From an uncultured Dehalococcoidaceae bacterium (GTDB lineage Bacteria; Chloroflexota; Dehalococcoidia; Dehalococcoidales; RBG-16-60-22): 64,000 nt of DNA. The translations under genes and the position numbers were made by a program. Positions 36,696 to 47,596 of the stretch are shown here, piece after piece (the first letter of the stretch is position 1; each line of letters begins with the position of its first letter). The stretch covers positions 8,421 through 72,420 of the forward strand of contig CAYXWH010000003.1 of NCBI GenBank assembly GCA_964468755.1, read 5' to 3'. A model generated the notes under the pieces. It did no database searches. It worked only from the letters and a program-made list of their open reading frames with translations, and had not been told where the DNA came from.

Positions 36696-38459
36696 GTGGC
36701 CTACGATGCAACCAAAATGAAGGACTGGCAAATTGCCGAAGCGGCTGAAGAAAACATGCCAAAGTCAGCGGAGTGGCAGGAGCGACTGGGCCTGGAAAAG
36801 GACGAGATACTACCCTATGGACGCATTGCCAAGCTCGATTTCCTGAAGATTATGGACCGGCTCCGGGGCCGGCCGGATGGTAAGTACATTGAGGTCACCG
36901 CTATAACCCCCACGCCGCTTGGTGAAGGCAAAACCACGACCACGATGGGTCTTCTTGAAGGTCTCGGCAAGCGCGGCAAGAATGCGGGCGGCTGTATTCG
37001 CCAGCCCTCCGGCGGTCCCACCATGAACATTAAGGGGACTGCCGCCGGTGGCGGCAACGCGCTCCTTATCCCGATGACCGAGTTTTCGATGGGGCTCACC
37101 GGCGACATTAACGATATTATGAATGCCCACAACCTGGCTATGATAGCGCTCACTGCCCGAATGCAGCATGAGCGCAACTACGATGACGAGCAGTTAGCCC
37201 GCCTGACCAGGATGCCCCGCCTGAATATTGACCCCACCCGCGTGGAGATGGGCTGGATTATGGACTTCTGCGCTCAGAGCCTGCGCAATATCATTATCGG
37301 CATTGGCGGTCGCATGGACGGCTTCACCATGCAGTCCAAATTCGGCATTGCGGTCAGCTCCGAGCTGATGGCCATTCTATCCATTGTTACCGACCTCGCT
37401 GATTTACGCAAACGCATGGACGAGATTACCCTCGCCTATGACCGCAAAGGAAAGCCGGTTACTACCGGTGACCTTGAGGTAGGCGGAGCGATGACTGCCT
37501 GGATGCGCAATACCATAAACCCGACTCTGGCGAGCACAGTAGAATACCAGCCCTGCATGGTCCATGCAGGTCCTTTCGCCAATATTGCCGTTGGTCAGTC
37601 CTCCATTATCGCTGACCGCATCGGACTGAAGATGTTCGACTACCACGTTACCGAAAGCGGTTTTGCTGCCGACATCGGCTTTGAGAAATTCTGGAACGTC
37701 AAGTGCCGCTACAGTGGCCTCAAGCCACATGTCTCCGTGCTGACTACCACCATCCGCGCCCTGAAGATGCACGGCGGCGGACCCAAGGTGGTTGCCGGGC
37801 TTCCCCTGCCTGAAGCCTATACCAAGGAAAACACAGAGCTACTGGAAAAGGGCCTGGAGAATATGCTGCACCACATCAACGTTATCAAGCAGTCGGGTAT
37901 CAACCCGGTGGTATGCATCAACTCATTCTACACCGATACCAAGGATGAGGTAAACGTAGTCAGAAAGGCAGCGGAAGCAGCCGGGGCACGCTGTGCGCTC
38001 TCTTCCCACTGGGCTGACGGCGGCGATGGTGCTCTGGAACTGGCTGACGTCGTGATGGACGCCTGCAACGATACCAATGACTTCCGGTTCCTGTATCCCA
38101 ATGAAATGAAGCTGCGTGAACGTGTCAATAATATCGCCAAAGTGGTCTATGGCGCTGACGGCGTTTCCTGGACACCGGAAGCCGAGGCGAAAGCCAAGAG
38201 ATTTGAAGAAGACGCCAAATATGATGAGTACACCACCATGATGGTAAAGACCCATCTATCCCTCACTCATGATCCGGCTCTTAAAGGAGTACCCAAGGGC
38301 TGGACACTCCCCATCCGCGACGTGCTGATTTATTCCGGGGCAAAATTCCTCTGCCCCTGCGCCGGAGCCATCAGCCTGATGCCCGGGACCAGCTCTGACC
38401 CGGCTTTCCGTAAAGTGGATGTGGACGTAAATACCGGAAAGGTACAGGGGTTATTCTAA
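36696..38459 (+). CDS. fhs: formate--tetrahydrofolate ligase
   Basis: A GTG at 36696 follows AGGAGG. Motifs [17 protein letters not shown] and the long FTHFS pattern are present. Confidence 0.95.
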   Translation: MAYDATKMKDWQIAEAAEENMPKSAEWQERLGLEKDEILPYGRIAKLDFLKIMDRLRGRPDGKYIEVTAITPTPLGEGKTTTTMGLLEGLGKRGKNAGGCIRQPSGGPTMNIKGTAAGGGNALLIPMTEFSMGLTGDINDIMNAHNLAMIALTARMQHERNYDDEQLARLTRMPRLNIDPTRVEMGWIMDFCAQSLRNIIIGIGGRMDGFTMQSKFGIAVSSELMAILSIVTDLADLRKRMDEITLAYDRKGKPVTTGDLEVGGAMTAWMRNTINPTLASTVEYQPCMVHAGPFANIAVGQSSIIADRIGLKMFDYHVTESGFAADIGFEKFWNVKCRYSGLKPHVSVLTTTIRALKMHGGGPKVVAGLPLPEAYTKENTELLEKGLENMLHHINVIKQSGINPVVCINSFYTDTKDEVNVVRKAAEAAGARCALSSHWADGGDGALELADVVMDACNDTNDFRFLYPNEMKLRERVNNIAKVVYGADGVSWTPEAEAKAKRFEEDAKYDEYTTMMVKTHLSLTHDPALKGVPKGWTLPIRDVLIYSGAKFLCPCAGAISLMPGTSSDPAFRKVDVDVNTGKVQGLF

Positions 38460-38489
38460 ACGGAGCCGAACCGGAAAACACGGGGTTAC

Positions 38490-40463
38490 ATGAAGAAAGC
38501 TTCCAAAAATAGCAAGGTAAGGGTTCACTTCAACCCGGACAATGTTGACATTATCGTCGACAAGGGAGAAAACCTGTTACAGGCGGCGATCGCCGCCGGG
38601 GTACATATCCACGCTTCCTGTGGCGGTAAGGGTGTTTGTGGCACCTGCAAGGTGGTCATCGAAAAGGGTGAGGTGGAATCCGCCAGGACTGACCGGGTTT
38701 CCGAAGCCGAATACCAGCAGGGAATACGGCAAGCCTGTCAGTGCCAGATACTGTCCGACCTGGCCGTCTATGTACCGGTAGAATCGAGACTGGAAAAGGC
38801 TGTTTTGTCCCAGGAAAGCAAAATGACCTCGTCAGTCCTGGCTACCGGCTGGAGATTCAAACCACCCCTTAGCAAATTGTACGTGGAACTGTCCCCACCG
38901 ACGCTCACCGACAATGCCGGAGACCTTACCCGCCTGCTCCGGGGTTTAAAGCAGCGCTTTGCCCTGAGCGACCTGTCGGTTGACTTCCCGGTAGTCAGGA
39001 AACTGGGCAAGGTTCTGCGCGACAGCGACTGGAAGGTTACCGTAACCACGCTTGTCACCGCCGCCAAACCGCGCACCAAGGCATGGAGACGGCCAAGGAT
39101 TATAGACATTGAACCGGGTGATACCAGGGAGATCCATTATGCTCTTGCCTTCGATATTGGCACCACCACCGTCTGCGGACAATTACTTGACCTGAACCGG
39201 GGCAAAGTGCTTGCCGAAAGCATAGACTATAACGGACAGATTAGCTACGGAGAGGATGTCATTACCCGCATTGCCTACTGCCAGAAAGCCGGCGGTCTGA
39301 AAAAACTACAGCAAGCCGTGGTGGCGACCATAAACGGGACTATCGATGAGATGGTCACCAGGAGCCGTGTTCCTGTTGAAACTATCGGCCACATAATGCT
39401 GGCGGGCAATACCACCATGACTCAGCTCTTGCTGGGACTGGACCCCAGATATATCCGGCTGACTCCCTATACCCCGGTGGCTAACTTTTTCCCGCCGGTT
39501 GAAGCCGCCTCTCTGGGTATCAAGGTTGGGGAACACGTGCAGGTCTTTGCCTTCCCCGCCGTCGCCAGCTATGTGGGCGGGGACATTGTCGCCGGTGTTA
39601 TTGGCGCGGGACTGCACCAGAGAAAGGCCCTGACCTTCTTCATGGATATAGGGACCAACGGTGAAATAGTAATCGGTAATTCGGAATGGATGGTGACTGC
39701 TTCCTGTTCGGCGGGGCCCGCCTTTGAAGGCGGCGGCATCAAGCACGGTATCGTCGCCAGTAACGGCGCCATTGAAGACTTCAGCATCGACCCCAATAGC
39801 CTTGAGCCCACCATCGGCACTATTGGCCAGGTGAAACCAAAAGGAATCTGTGGCTCGGGGCTGATTAACATTATCGCCGGTCTGCTTGAAGCCGGTCTCA
39901 TCAATCAGAAGGGGAAATTCAACCCTGACCTGCCCACAAAACGAATCAGGCCGGGTGACGACGGTTATGAGTATGTGCTATCCTGGGCAACGGAAACCCA
40001 GACCGGAAAAGACATTGTCATTACCGAGGTAGATATTGATAACCTCATACGGGCGAAGGGAGCTATCTATGCCGGCTGCCAGACACTGAGTGCCAGCGTC
40101 GGGGTGAACTGTGCTGACTTTGAGCAGGTGATTATCGCCGGCGCTTTCGGCAGCCATATTGATATTGAACGGTCAATTACCATCGGCTTACTCCCTGACC
40201 TGCCGGTGGACAGGTTCGTGTTCGTCGGCAACGGCTCGCTGCTGGGTGCCAGGCTTACTTCGTTCTCCCGAGACCTGCTCGATGATGCCCGGCGGGTAGC
40301 GCAAATGATGACCAATATTGAGTTGAGCGAAAGCATCGATTTCATGAATAATTATATCGCTGCCCTGTTTCTACCTCACACCAACGCCAGTGAATTCCCT
40401 GCGGTAAGCAAACGTCTGGCACAAAAGGCAGGCAAGAAAACCAAACAGGGGAGTGCCAATTGA
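38490..40463 (+). CDS. acsV: corrinoid activation/regeneration protein (RACo/AcsV: 2Fe-2S ferredoxin + ASKHA ATPase)
   Basis: 657-aa ORF. N-terminal plant-type ferredoxin CGGKGVCGTCKV...C, then LAFDIGTTTV and FMDIGTNGE (ASKHA phosphate motifs). Confidence 0.85.
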   Translation: MKKASKNSKVRVHFNPDNVDIIVDKGENLLQAAIAAGVHIHASCGGKGVCGTCKVVIEKGEVESARTDRVSEAEYQQGIRQACQCQILSDLAVYVPVESRLEKAVLSQESKMTSSVLATGWRFKPPLSKLYVELSPPTLTDNAGDLTRLLRGLKQRFALSDLSVDFPVVRKLGKVLRDSDWKVTVTTLVTAAKPRTKAWRRPRIIDIEPGDTREIHYALAFDIGTTTVCGQLLDLNRGKVLAESIDYNGQISYGEDVITRIAYCQKAGGLKKLQQAVVATINGTIDEMVTRSRVPVETIGHIMLAGNTTMTQLLLGLDPRYIRLTPYTPVANFFPPVEAASLGIKVGEHVQVFAFPAVASYVGGDIVAGVIGAGLHQRKALTFFMDIGTNGEIVIGNSEWMVTASCSAGPAFEGGGIKHGIVASNGAIEDFSIDPNSLEPTIGTIGQVKPKGICGSGLINIIAGLLEAGLINQKGKFNPDLPTKRIRPGDDGYEYVLSWATETQTGKDIVITEVDIDNLIRAKGAIYAGCQTLSASVGVNCADFEQVIIAGAFGSHIDIERSITIGLLPDLPVDRFVFVGNGSLLGARLTSFSRDLLDDARRVAQMMTNIELSESIDFMNNYIAALFLPHTNASEFPAVSKRLAQKAGKKTKQGSAN

Positions 40464-41218
40464 GTATTAACATTGCCGTAGCCGGGAAAGGCGGTAGCGG
40501 AAAATCCTCCGTTGCCAGCCTGATTATCCGTTTTCTGAAGCAGAATGGAAAGACCCCCATTCTGGCGGTTGACGCTGACCCCAATGCCAACCTGGCAGAA
40601 GGTCTGGGACTTGAGGTAACCGAGACGGTAGGTCGTATACTAAACGATTTTCAGGGTATCAAATTGAAAATACCGCCGGGAATGACCAAAGAGGCGTATC
40701 TGCAATACCAGCTCAATACCGCCATAGTGGAAAGTACCGGTCTTGACCTGCTGACCATGGGACGGGGTGAAGGCCCGGAATGCTACTGCTACCCCAATGT
40801 GGTTATCCGCAAGCTTATCGACGAACTCTCCGGGAACTATGCCTGTGTGGTCATGGATAATGAGGCGGGCATGGAACATCTCAGCCGGAGAACCACCCAG
40901 AATATAGATGAGCTTATTCTCGTCTCCGATCACTCCATAAAGGGAATACGAGCCATCTCCCATATCAAGGAACTGGTCAGGGAGCTGAAGCTGGTAGTAA
41001 AAAGAGAATCGGTGATTATCAATTTCGTTGCCAACGGTATTGACCCCCTTCTCAACAAAGAGATGGAGCGACTGCACATTGCGCCGACGGCGACCATTCC
41101 TGTGGACGAGGATTTGCGGAGATTCGACCTTGAGCAAAAACCGCTCTTTGAAATGCCAGACACCTCGAAGGCGGTTATAGCAGTCAATGAGCTTATGAAT
41201 ACGTTATTGCCAAAGTAA
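40460..41218 (+). CDS. second CooC/AcsF-type Ni-insertion ATPase
   Basis: 252-aa ORF with a TTGA overlap. INIAVAGKGGSGKSS and the ECYCYPN CxC motif. Confidence 0.8.
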   Translation: MSINIAVAGKGGSGKSSVASLIIRFLKQNGKTPILAVDADPNANLAEGLGLEVTETVGRILNDFQGIKLKIPPGMTKEAYLQYQLNTAIVESTGLDLLTMGRGEGPECYCYPNVVIRKLIDELSGNYACVVMDNEAGMEHLSRRTTQNIDELILVSDHSIKGIRAISHIKELVRELKLVVKRESVIINFVANGIDPLLNKEMERLHIAPTATIPVDEDLRRFDLEQKPLFEMPDTSKAVIAVNELMNTLLPK

Positions 41219-41253
41219 AAACTTTGTAATTCTTTACAATAAAGGGGTGGAAA

Positions 41254-42141
41254 ATGACAGCACAAATTATCAGTGGCACGGAAATTGCCAAACAGATTCG
41301 CGAGGAGCTTAAACAGGAGATTGCCGAGCTGAAAGAAAAGCACAACCTTGTGCCCGGCCTGGTTACCGTGCTGGTGGGCGCAGACCCCGCCTCACAGGTA
41401 TATGTCGGGCAGAAGGAAAAAACCTCCAACGCCCTGGGTATATACTCGGAACGGTATGACCTGCCGGAGGAGACTACCCAGCAAGAACTACTGGCTCTGA
41501 TCGATAAACTGAACAACGACCCCAAGATTCACGGGATTCTGGTTCAACTCCCCCTGCCCAAACACCTGAACGAGGAGGAAGTCCTTTATGCTATTAACCC
41601 CGTGAAAGATGTTGATGGCTTCCACCCGGTAAATGTAGGTAAACTGATGATAGGTGAACCAAACTACCTGCCCTGTACCCCGGCAGGCATCCAGCAGCTG
41701 CTTATCCGTTCCGGTGTAGAAACGGAAGGAGCCGAGGTAGTGGTTGTCGGCAGGAGTAACATCGTGGGTAAACCGATTGCCAATATTCTCCTTCAGAAAG
41801 CACCGGGAGCTAACGCCACGGTTACTTTATGCCACACCAGAACCCGCGATATTTCCTTTCACACCAAGCTAGCTGATATAATAATAGTAGCTGCCGGTAA
41901 ACCGAAAGCGATAACTGCCGACATGGTTAAAGAGGGAGTAGTTGTTATTGATGTCGGTGTGAACCAGGTGGGCACAACGCCGGAGGGCAAGCGAATACTC
42001 GCCGGTGACGTTGATTTTGATACCGTGAAAGAAAAGGCAAAGGCCATCACCCCGGTACCCGGTGGTGTGGGCCCAATGACCATAACCATGCTCATGAAAA
42101 ACACCGTAAAGGCAGCCAAACTGGCGGCTGGTCTAACCTAG
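41254..42141 (+). CDS. folD: bifunctional methylene-THF dehydrogenase / methenyl-THF cyclohydrolase
   Basis: 295-aa ORF with LVGADPASQVYV, HGILVQLPLP, VVGRSNIVGKP and PVPGGVGPMT. Confidence 0.95.
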   Translation: MTAQIISGTEIAKQIREELKQEIAELKEKHNLVPGLVTVLVGADPASQVYVGQKEKTSNALGIYSERYDLPEETTQQELLALIDKLNNDPKIHGILVQLPLPKHLNEEEVLYAINPVKDVDGFHPVNVGKLMIGEPNYLPCTPAGIQQLLIRSGVETEGAEVVVVGRSNIVGKPIANILLQKAPGANATVTLCHTRTRDISFHTKLADIIIVAAGKPKAITADMVKEGVVVIDVGVNQVGTTPEGKRILAGDVDFDTVKEKAKAITPVPGGVGPMTITMLMKNTVKAAKLAAGLT

Positions 42142-42155
42142 GCAAAGGAGGAACC

Positions 42156-42374
42156 ATGGAATATAAAATTGAGAAGGTGAAAGCTCCGGGCAGGGATGAT
42201 GTGGAGTTGCTGGGCGCAACCTATGAACCGGGTAGACCTGAGGGAGAGGAAATCGGACAGTGGCGGCAGAAGCTTGAGAGCCGGGAGGAAAAGCTCAGGT
42301 ATCTGCAAAACGGAGAGCGTTACTGGTATGGGAAAGACTGGTTTGGTAGCGAAAAGAGAAAAAACCCGGCTTAG
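42156..42374 (+). CDS. small charged hypothetical protein inside the acs operon
   Basis: 72-aa ORF with a strong RBS (AAAGGAGGA, 5-nt spacer) and a 14-nt gap from folD. No recognisable motif, no Cys, and no TM segment. Confidence 0.45.
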   Translation: MEYKIEKVKAPGRDDVELLGATYEPGRPEGEEIGQWRQKLESREEKLRYLQNGERYWYGKDWFGSEKRKNPA

Positions 42375-42387
42375 TTAAGGAGGGGAA

Positions 42388-43335
42388 ATGGCATTTGAAA
42401 AACCAAAAACGGCATACAGCGGTAAAATCAAGGAAATCACCTTAAGTAAGGGGGAAAAGGCGGTAACTGTGGGTGGCGAGACAGCCTACCCGTTTTATCT
42501 CTTCGAAGGAGAGATGCCCAAACTCCCCAGAATCGCCATGGAGGTTTATGACTGCCCCCCCGAGGAGTGGCCCGAAGCCGCCCTGGAACCCTTTGCCGGG
42601 GTAACCGATGACCCCGTTGCCTGGGCGCAAAAGTGCATCAATGACTATGGCGCCGAGATGATATGCCTTCAGTTGCTCAGTACCGACCCCAACGGTCTTG
42701 ACCGAGATGCTGACGAAGCCGCCGCCGTGGTCAAGAAGGTAGCTGACGCCATCGATGTACCGCTTATTGTGTGGGGTACCGCCAACCATGAGAAAGACAC
42801 CGAAGTCTTAAGAAAAGTTGCTGAGCTCTGCCAGGACAAAAACCTGATTCTGGGGCCGGTTGAGGAAGGTGACCACAAGCGGATCGGTGCCGCAGCTATT
42901 GGCTACAAGCATACGGTAGCTGCCTCCACTCCCATCGATATTAACCTCGCCAAGCAGCTCAATATTCTACTGGGTAACCTCGGTGTTCCCGATGAACAGC
43001 TTATCATTGACCCCACGGTCAGCGGCATTGGCTACGGAATCGAGTACTGTTACTCGGTGATGGAACGAATACGGATGGCCGCTCTGACCCAGCAGGACGA
43101 AAAGCTCCAGTTCCCGATTATCTGCAATATAGCCAAAGAAACATGGAAAACCAAGGAAGCCAAACTGTCAGCCGAAGAGGCTCCCGGCATGGGAGACCCT
43201 AAAAAGAGAGGCATTTTACTAGAGGCTACGTCTACCATGACTTTACTACTGGCCGGAGCCGATATCCTGGTCATGAGGCATCCCGAAGCCATCGAGCTGG
43301 TCCGGGAGATGATATCCGAGCTGACTGCTTCCTGA
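42388..43335 (+). CDS. acsD: corrinoid iron-sulfur protein small subunit (AcsD/CdhD)
   Basis: 315-aa ORF with VTVGGETAYPF and a TIM-barrel pattern. Position is within the acs cluster. Confidence 0.85.
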   Translation: MAFEKPKTAYSGKIKEITLSKGEKAVTVGGETAYPFYLFEGEMPKLPRIAMEVYDCPPEEWPEAALEPFAGVTDDPVAWAQKCINDYGAEMICLQLLSTDPNGLDRDADEAAAVVKKVADAIDVPLIVWGTANHEKDTEVLRKVAELCQDKNLILGPVEEGDHKRIGAAAIGYKHTVAASTPIDINLAKQLNILLGNLGVPDEQLIIDPTVSGIGYGIEYCYSVMERIRMAALTQQDEKLQFPIICNIAKETWKTKEAKLSAEEAPGMGDPKKRGILLEATSTMTLLLAGADILVMRHPEAIELVREMISELTAS

Positions 43336-43365
43336 GATACTAACCAAAAATGGGAGGATAAGTAA

Positions 43366-45336
43366 ATGGCAGAAGAGGAAAAGAAACAAAAAAGCATAGA
43401 TCAAGCCAGCAATGAGCTGATAGAAAAGGCAGCCAAGGATGGGGTTAACACTGCCTTTGACAGAGCCGAAGCAATGAAGCCATGCCCCATAGGCGCAGTG
43501 GGTAGCTGTTGTAAAAACTGCGGTATGGGTCCCTGCCGGGTACCTTTACCCAAGGGGAAAGAGGAAACCCCGGAGGAAAAGAAGAAAAGGCGTGGTATCT
43601 GCGGAGCTACCGCCGAGACCATCGCCGCCCGTAACTTCATCCGCATGGTAGCCGGCGGGGCATCAGCCCACTCCGACCACGGCCGGGGAGTGGCTGAACT
43701 CTTCCTGGCAGTAGCCAGGGGAGAAGCACCGGGTTACGAGATTAAAGATGAGCAGAAACTACTGCAGCTTGCTCTGGAATGGGGCGTGGAAATCGGTGAA
43801 CGGAGTAACAACGAGATAGCTGTTGACATCGGTGAGAAGGCTCTGTCGGAGTTCGGCAAGCAGGAGGGTGAGCTCATAACCCTGAAAAAGGCCCCGCTAA
43901 AGCGCCAGGAGCTATGGCGGCAGCAGGGCATTGCCCCGAGGGGCATAGACAGAGAGATTGTGGAGATAATGCACCGCACTCATATCGGCGTTGACCAGGA
44001 CTACCCAAGCCTGCTCAAACAGGGAGTGAGGGCAGCCATAGGCGACGGCTGGGGCGGCAGCATGATTGCCACCGAGCTCCAGGATATTCTCTTCGGCACC
44101 CCAACACCGATACTGGGCAAGGCAAACCTGGGGGTGCTCAAAGAAGATGAAGTGAACCTCGTCATTCACGGGCATGAGCCTCTCCTCTCCGAGATGATAG
44201 TCGCTGCGGCTCAGGACCCGGAAATGGTGAAACTGGCTGAGTCCAAGGGAGCAAAAGGGATAAACCTGTCCGGTATGTGCTGCACCGCCAACGAGATATT
44301 GATGCGGCACGGAGTGCCCATCGCCGGGAACTTCCTGCAACAGGAACTGGCGATAGTAACCGGAGCGGTTGATGCCATGGTGGTGGACGTACAGTGCATC
44401 ATGCAGTCCATACAAACCGTAGCTGAGTGCTATCACACCAAAATCATCACCACCTCTCCCAAAGCCAAAATCACGGGTGCTCTGCATATAGAATTTGATG
44501 AGCACGATGCCCTCAAGTCGGCGCGGGAAATAGTAAAGCTAGCCATAGAGAACTTCCCTAACAGGAAGTCAAATATATATATCCCTGACGTGCAGACCGA
44601 CCAGATTGCCGGATTCAGCCATGAGACCATCAACTACCTGCTGGGCGGGATGTTCCGGGCTTCCTACCGGCCGCTTAACGACAACATCATCAACGGTCGC
44701 ATCAGGGGAGTAGCCGGTGTTGTCGGCTGCAATAACGCGCGTGTCAAGCACAACGAGCCCCACGTTACCATGGTCAAGGAGCTGATAAAGAATGATGTAC
44801 TGGTGATTACCACCGGCTGCAATGCCATTGCCTGTGCTGAAGCCGGGCTGATGGTCCCCGAAGCTGCCAGAGAGTTTGCCGGTGAAGGACTTGCCGAGGT
44901 CTGTGAAACGGTGGGCATCCCGCCGGTGCTGCACATGGGCTCCTGCGTTGACAACAGCCGCATCCTGATAGCTGCCACCGCCATGGTCAAGGACGGCGGA
45001 CTGGGCGACGATATCAGTGAACTACCGGTAGCCGGGGCTGCCCCCGAGTGGATGAGTGAAAAAGCCATTTCCATCGGGCAGTACTTCGTCGCCTCCGGCG
45101 TCTATACCGTGTTCGGTGTTACCTGGCCTACCGAAGGCAGCAAAGAGGTCACCGATTACCTGTTCAAGGACATGGAGCAGATGGTCGGCGGCATGTGGGA
45201 CTTTGAGCCTGACCCGGTTAAAGCCGCCCAAAAGATGATTGAGCACATTGACAAGAAACGCAAGGCATTGGGCATCGACAAGGCCAGGGAGAGAGTACTC
45301 TACGACATGGAGATGAGGCGCGAGATGGAAGGCTAG
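43366..45336 (+). CDS. acsA: anaerobic carbon-monoxide dehydrogenase catalytic subunit
   Basis: 656-aa ORF with the N-terminal Cys cluster CPIGAVGSCCKNCGMGPCRV and the internal HGHEP and SGMCCTANE motifs of Ni-CODH. Confidence 0.92.
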   Translation: MAEEEKKQKSIDQASNELIEKAAKDGVNTAFDRAEAMKPCPIGAVGSCCKNCGMGPCRVPLPKGKEETPEEKKKRRGICGATAETIAARNFIRMVAGGASAHSDHGRGVAELFLAVARGEAPGYEIKDEQKLLQLALEWGVEIGERSNNEIAVDIGEKALSEFGKQEGELITLKKAPLKRQELWRQQGIAPRGIDREIVEIMHRTHIGVDQDYPSLLKQGVRAAIGDGWGGSMIATELQDILFGTPTPILGKANLGVLKEDEVNLVIHGHEPLLSEMIVAAAQDPEMVKLAESKGAKGINLSGMCCTANEILMRHGVPIAGNFLQQELAIVTGAVDAMVVDVQCIMQSIQTVAECYHTKIITTSPKAKITGALHIEFDEHDALKSAREIVKLAIENFPNRKSNIYIPDVQTDQIAGFSHETINYLLGGMFRASYRPLNDNIINGRIRGVAGVVGCNNARVKHNEPHVTMVKELIKNDVLVITTGCNAIACAEAGLMVPEAAREFAGEGLAEVCETVGIPPVLHMGSCVDNSRILIAATAMVKDGGLGDDISELPVAGAAPEWMSEKAISIGQYFVASGVYTVFGVTWPTEGSKEVTDYLFKDMEQMVGGMWDFEPDPVKAAQKMIEHIDKKRKALGIDKARERVLYDMEMRREMEG

Positions 45337-45373
45337 GCTTCCTGCGCCACAGTAATAAGGAGGTTACGAGGAC

Positions 45374-47581
45374 ATGTCTAAAATAATTGCATCGGCAGCC
45401 ATCAGGGGTGCCCATAAAATTGTAGACCAAGCTGACAAGAAGTGGCAGGAAGCAATGGACAAGTGGGGAGCCAACGAACCGGTCGGCTTCCCCAACACCG
45501 CGTATTATCTGCCGGTTATCTACGGGATTCTGGGGGAAAAGGTGGAAAAACTGGGAGATATGGAAAAGGTACTTAAAAAGTGTAAAACCATACTCCCGCC
45601 GCCGGTGCGGGAAAACCATCCCCTGCCCTACCTAGCTCCGGCACTTGATGCCGGGATGGCAACCTTCTTTGCCGAGGAACTTATCGAAGCGATAAGATAT
45701 CTGGAGCAGCCAGACTTTTACATCAAAGGTGAAGATGTTGCCGATAGTAATATATGGCTGGGAGCCGCTGACGATGTCATTCTCAGAAAGAGAGGCGTCG
45801 AGTTCGTTGACGGTACGGCACCGGGCTTTGCGGCGATTCTTGGGTCGGCTCCGACCAGTGAGATAGCTGCCAAAATCGCTCAAGAACTCCAGGAGAAGAA
45901 CCTTTATGTTTTCATGTCGGCTGAGTACAACGGCAAGAGGTTCTCCGAGCAACTCGTCGAAGCCGGAGTGCAGATAGGTTGGCCTACCCGCCTCGTTTCG
46001 TTCGGGCCTGAGGTCAGTGCTACCGTATTTGCTGCCGGCTTTGCCACACGAGCGGCCCTTTCCTTCGGCGGCGTCGAGCCGGGCGAATATCGTAAAATAC
46101 TTATCTATAATAAAGATAGAATATTCGCGTTTGCCATGCCACTGGGCTATGTTACCGATGAATGGTATGCCAACGCTGCCGGCGCTATCAATTTCGGCTT
46201 CCCTACTATTGCCGATACCCCCATACCTGAAGTACTGCCCACCGGCATCTGCACCTATGAGCATGTCGTTTCCAATATCCCCCATGATGAGCTGGTCGCC
46301 AAGGCTATTGAGGTACGAGGGCTCAAGGTAACCGTTACCGAGCTTCCCATTCCGGTATCTTTCGGTGCCGCTTTCGAGGGGGAAAGAGTCCGCAAGGAAG
46401 AGTTCTACCTGGAAGCCGGCGGTAACCGGACGCCGATGTGTGAGTGGTGCACCAGCAAACGAATGGACGAGGTCGAGGATGGCAAGATTGAGGTAATCGG
46501 CCCCGAGATAGACGACGTGGAAGTGGGAACGGCTGTACCCTTGGCAATTGTGGTTGAGGTAGCCGGACGGGAAATGCAAGAGGACTATGAGCCCATACTG
46601 GAGCGCCAGATACACCACCTGATTAACTACGCCCAGGGGGTGTGGCACCAGGGGCAAAGAGATACCGCCTGGCTGCGCATCAGCAAGACAGCCAAGGAAA
46701 AGGGCTTCAAGCTGGAACACATCGGCACCTTGCTCCACGCCAAGCTCCACCAGGACTTCGGGCGGATTTTTGATAAGCTTCAGGTCAAGCTCTACACCAA
46801 AGATGATCAAGTAAGGAAGGCAGTAGAACAGGCAAAAGAAGTCTATGCCCATCGTGATGCCCGTATTGAAGGCATGACTGACGAGACAACTGATACCTAC
46901 TATTCCTGCACGCTATGTCAGTCTTTCGCCCCCAGTCACGTCTGCGTTATCAGTCCCGAAAGGACCGGGCTTTGCGGCTCCTACAACTGGATGGACTGCA
47001 AGGCCGCCTACGAGATTAATCCCACCGGCCCCAACCAGCCGGTAGAAAAGGGGAAAGTCATTGACGCCAAGCTGGGACAATGGCTTGGGGTCAACGGGTT
47101 TGTCCAGAAGGCTTCCCGCGGTAAGATAGACCATTACAACTTCTATAGCATCATGATTGACCCGATGACCACCTGCGGCTGTTGTGAATGTATCGCCGCC
47201 GTCCTGCCCATGTGCAACGGCATCATGACGGTGAACCGCGAATATACCAAGGAGACCCCCTGCGGGATGAAATTCACCACGCTGGCGGGTACTATCGGCG
47301 GCGGTATCAGCACCCCCGGCTTCGTCGGTCACGGCAAGTATAATACCACCCAGCGCAAATTCATCAAAGGCGACGGTGGCTTGCTCCGGGTGGTTTGGAT
47401 GCCAACATCGCTTAAGGAGGAGATTGGTGACCGTATCAAAGCCAGGGCTGAGGAATTGGGAGTACCCGACCTCCTCGACAAAATTGCCGATGAGACAGTA
47501 GGAACCACTGAAGAGGAAATTATACCATTCCTGCAAGAGAAAGGGCACCCGGCCCTTACCATGGAATCGATACTAGGTTAG
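45374..47581 (+). CDS. acsB: acetyl-CoA synthase (A-cluster subunit)
   Basis: 735-aa ORF with CQSFAPSHVCVISPERTGLCGSYNW and TTCGCCEC (A-cluster ligands). Confidence 0.93.
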   Translation: MSKIIASAAIRGAHKIVDQADKKWQEAMDKWGANEPVGFPNTAYYLPVIYGILGEKVEKLGDMEKVLKKCKTILPPPVRENHPLPYLAPALDAGMATFFAEELIEAIRYLEQPDFYIKGEDVADSNIWLGAADDVILRKRGVEFVDGTAPGFAAILGSAPTSEIAAKIAQELQEKNLYVFMSAEYNGKRFSEQLVEAGVQIGWPTRLVSFGPEVSATVFAAGFATRAALSFGGVEPGEYRKILIYNKDRIFAFAMPLGYVTDEWYANAAGAINFGFPTIADTPIPEVLPTGICTYEHVVSNIPHDELVAKAIEVRGLKVTVTELPIPVSFGAAFEGERVRKEEFYLEAGGNRTPMCEWCTSKRMDEVEDGKIEVIGPEIDDVEVGTAVPLAIVVEVAGREMQEDYEPILERQIHHLINYAQGVWHQGQRDTAWLRISKTAKEKGFKLEHIGTLLHAKLHQDFGRIFDKLQVKLYTKDDQVRKAVEQAKEVYAHRDARIEGMTDETTDTYYSCTLCQSFAPSHVCVISPERTGLCGSYNWMDCKAAYEINPTGPNQPVEKGKVIDAKLGQWLGVNGFVQKASRGKIDHYNFYSIMIDPMTTCGCCECIAAVLPMCNGIMTVNREYTKETPCGMKFTTLAGTIGGGISTPGFVGHGKYNTTQRKFIKGDGGLLRVVWMPTSLKEEIGDRIKARAEELGVPDLLDKIADETVGTTEEEIIPFLQEKGHPALTMESILG

Positions 47582-47596
47582 TAAGGAGGTTTGTAG

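Noticed and set aside
45632-46852. 406-aa ORF on the reverse strand inside acsB. Similar long antisense ORFs occur at 31153-32055 (+, inside glmM), 4413-5117 (+, inside infB), 46913-47548 (-), 43912-44505 (-), 53733-54347 (-), 15853-16392 (-) and 12246-12686 (-).
   Set aside because: Each lies entirely antisense to a gene with unmistakable conserved motifs. Their translations are low-complexity (G/R/P/A/L-rich) with no recognisable domain, RBS or operon logic. They are typical shadow ORFs.
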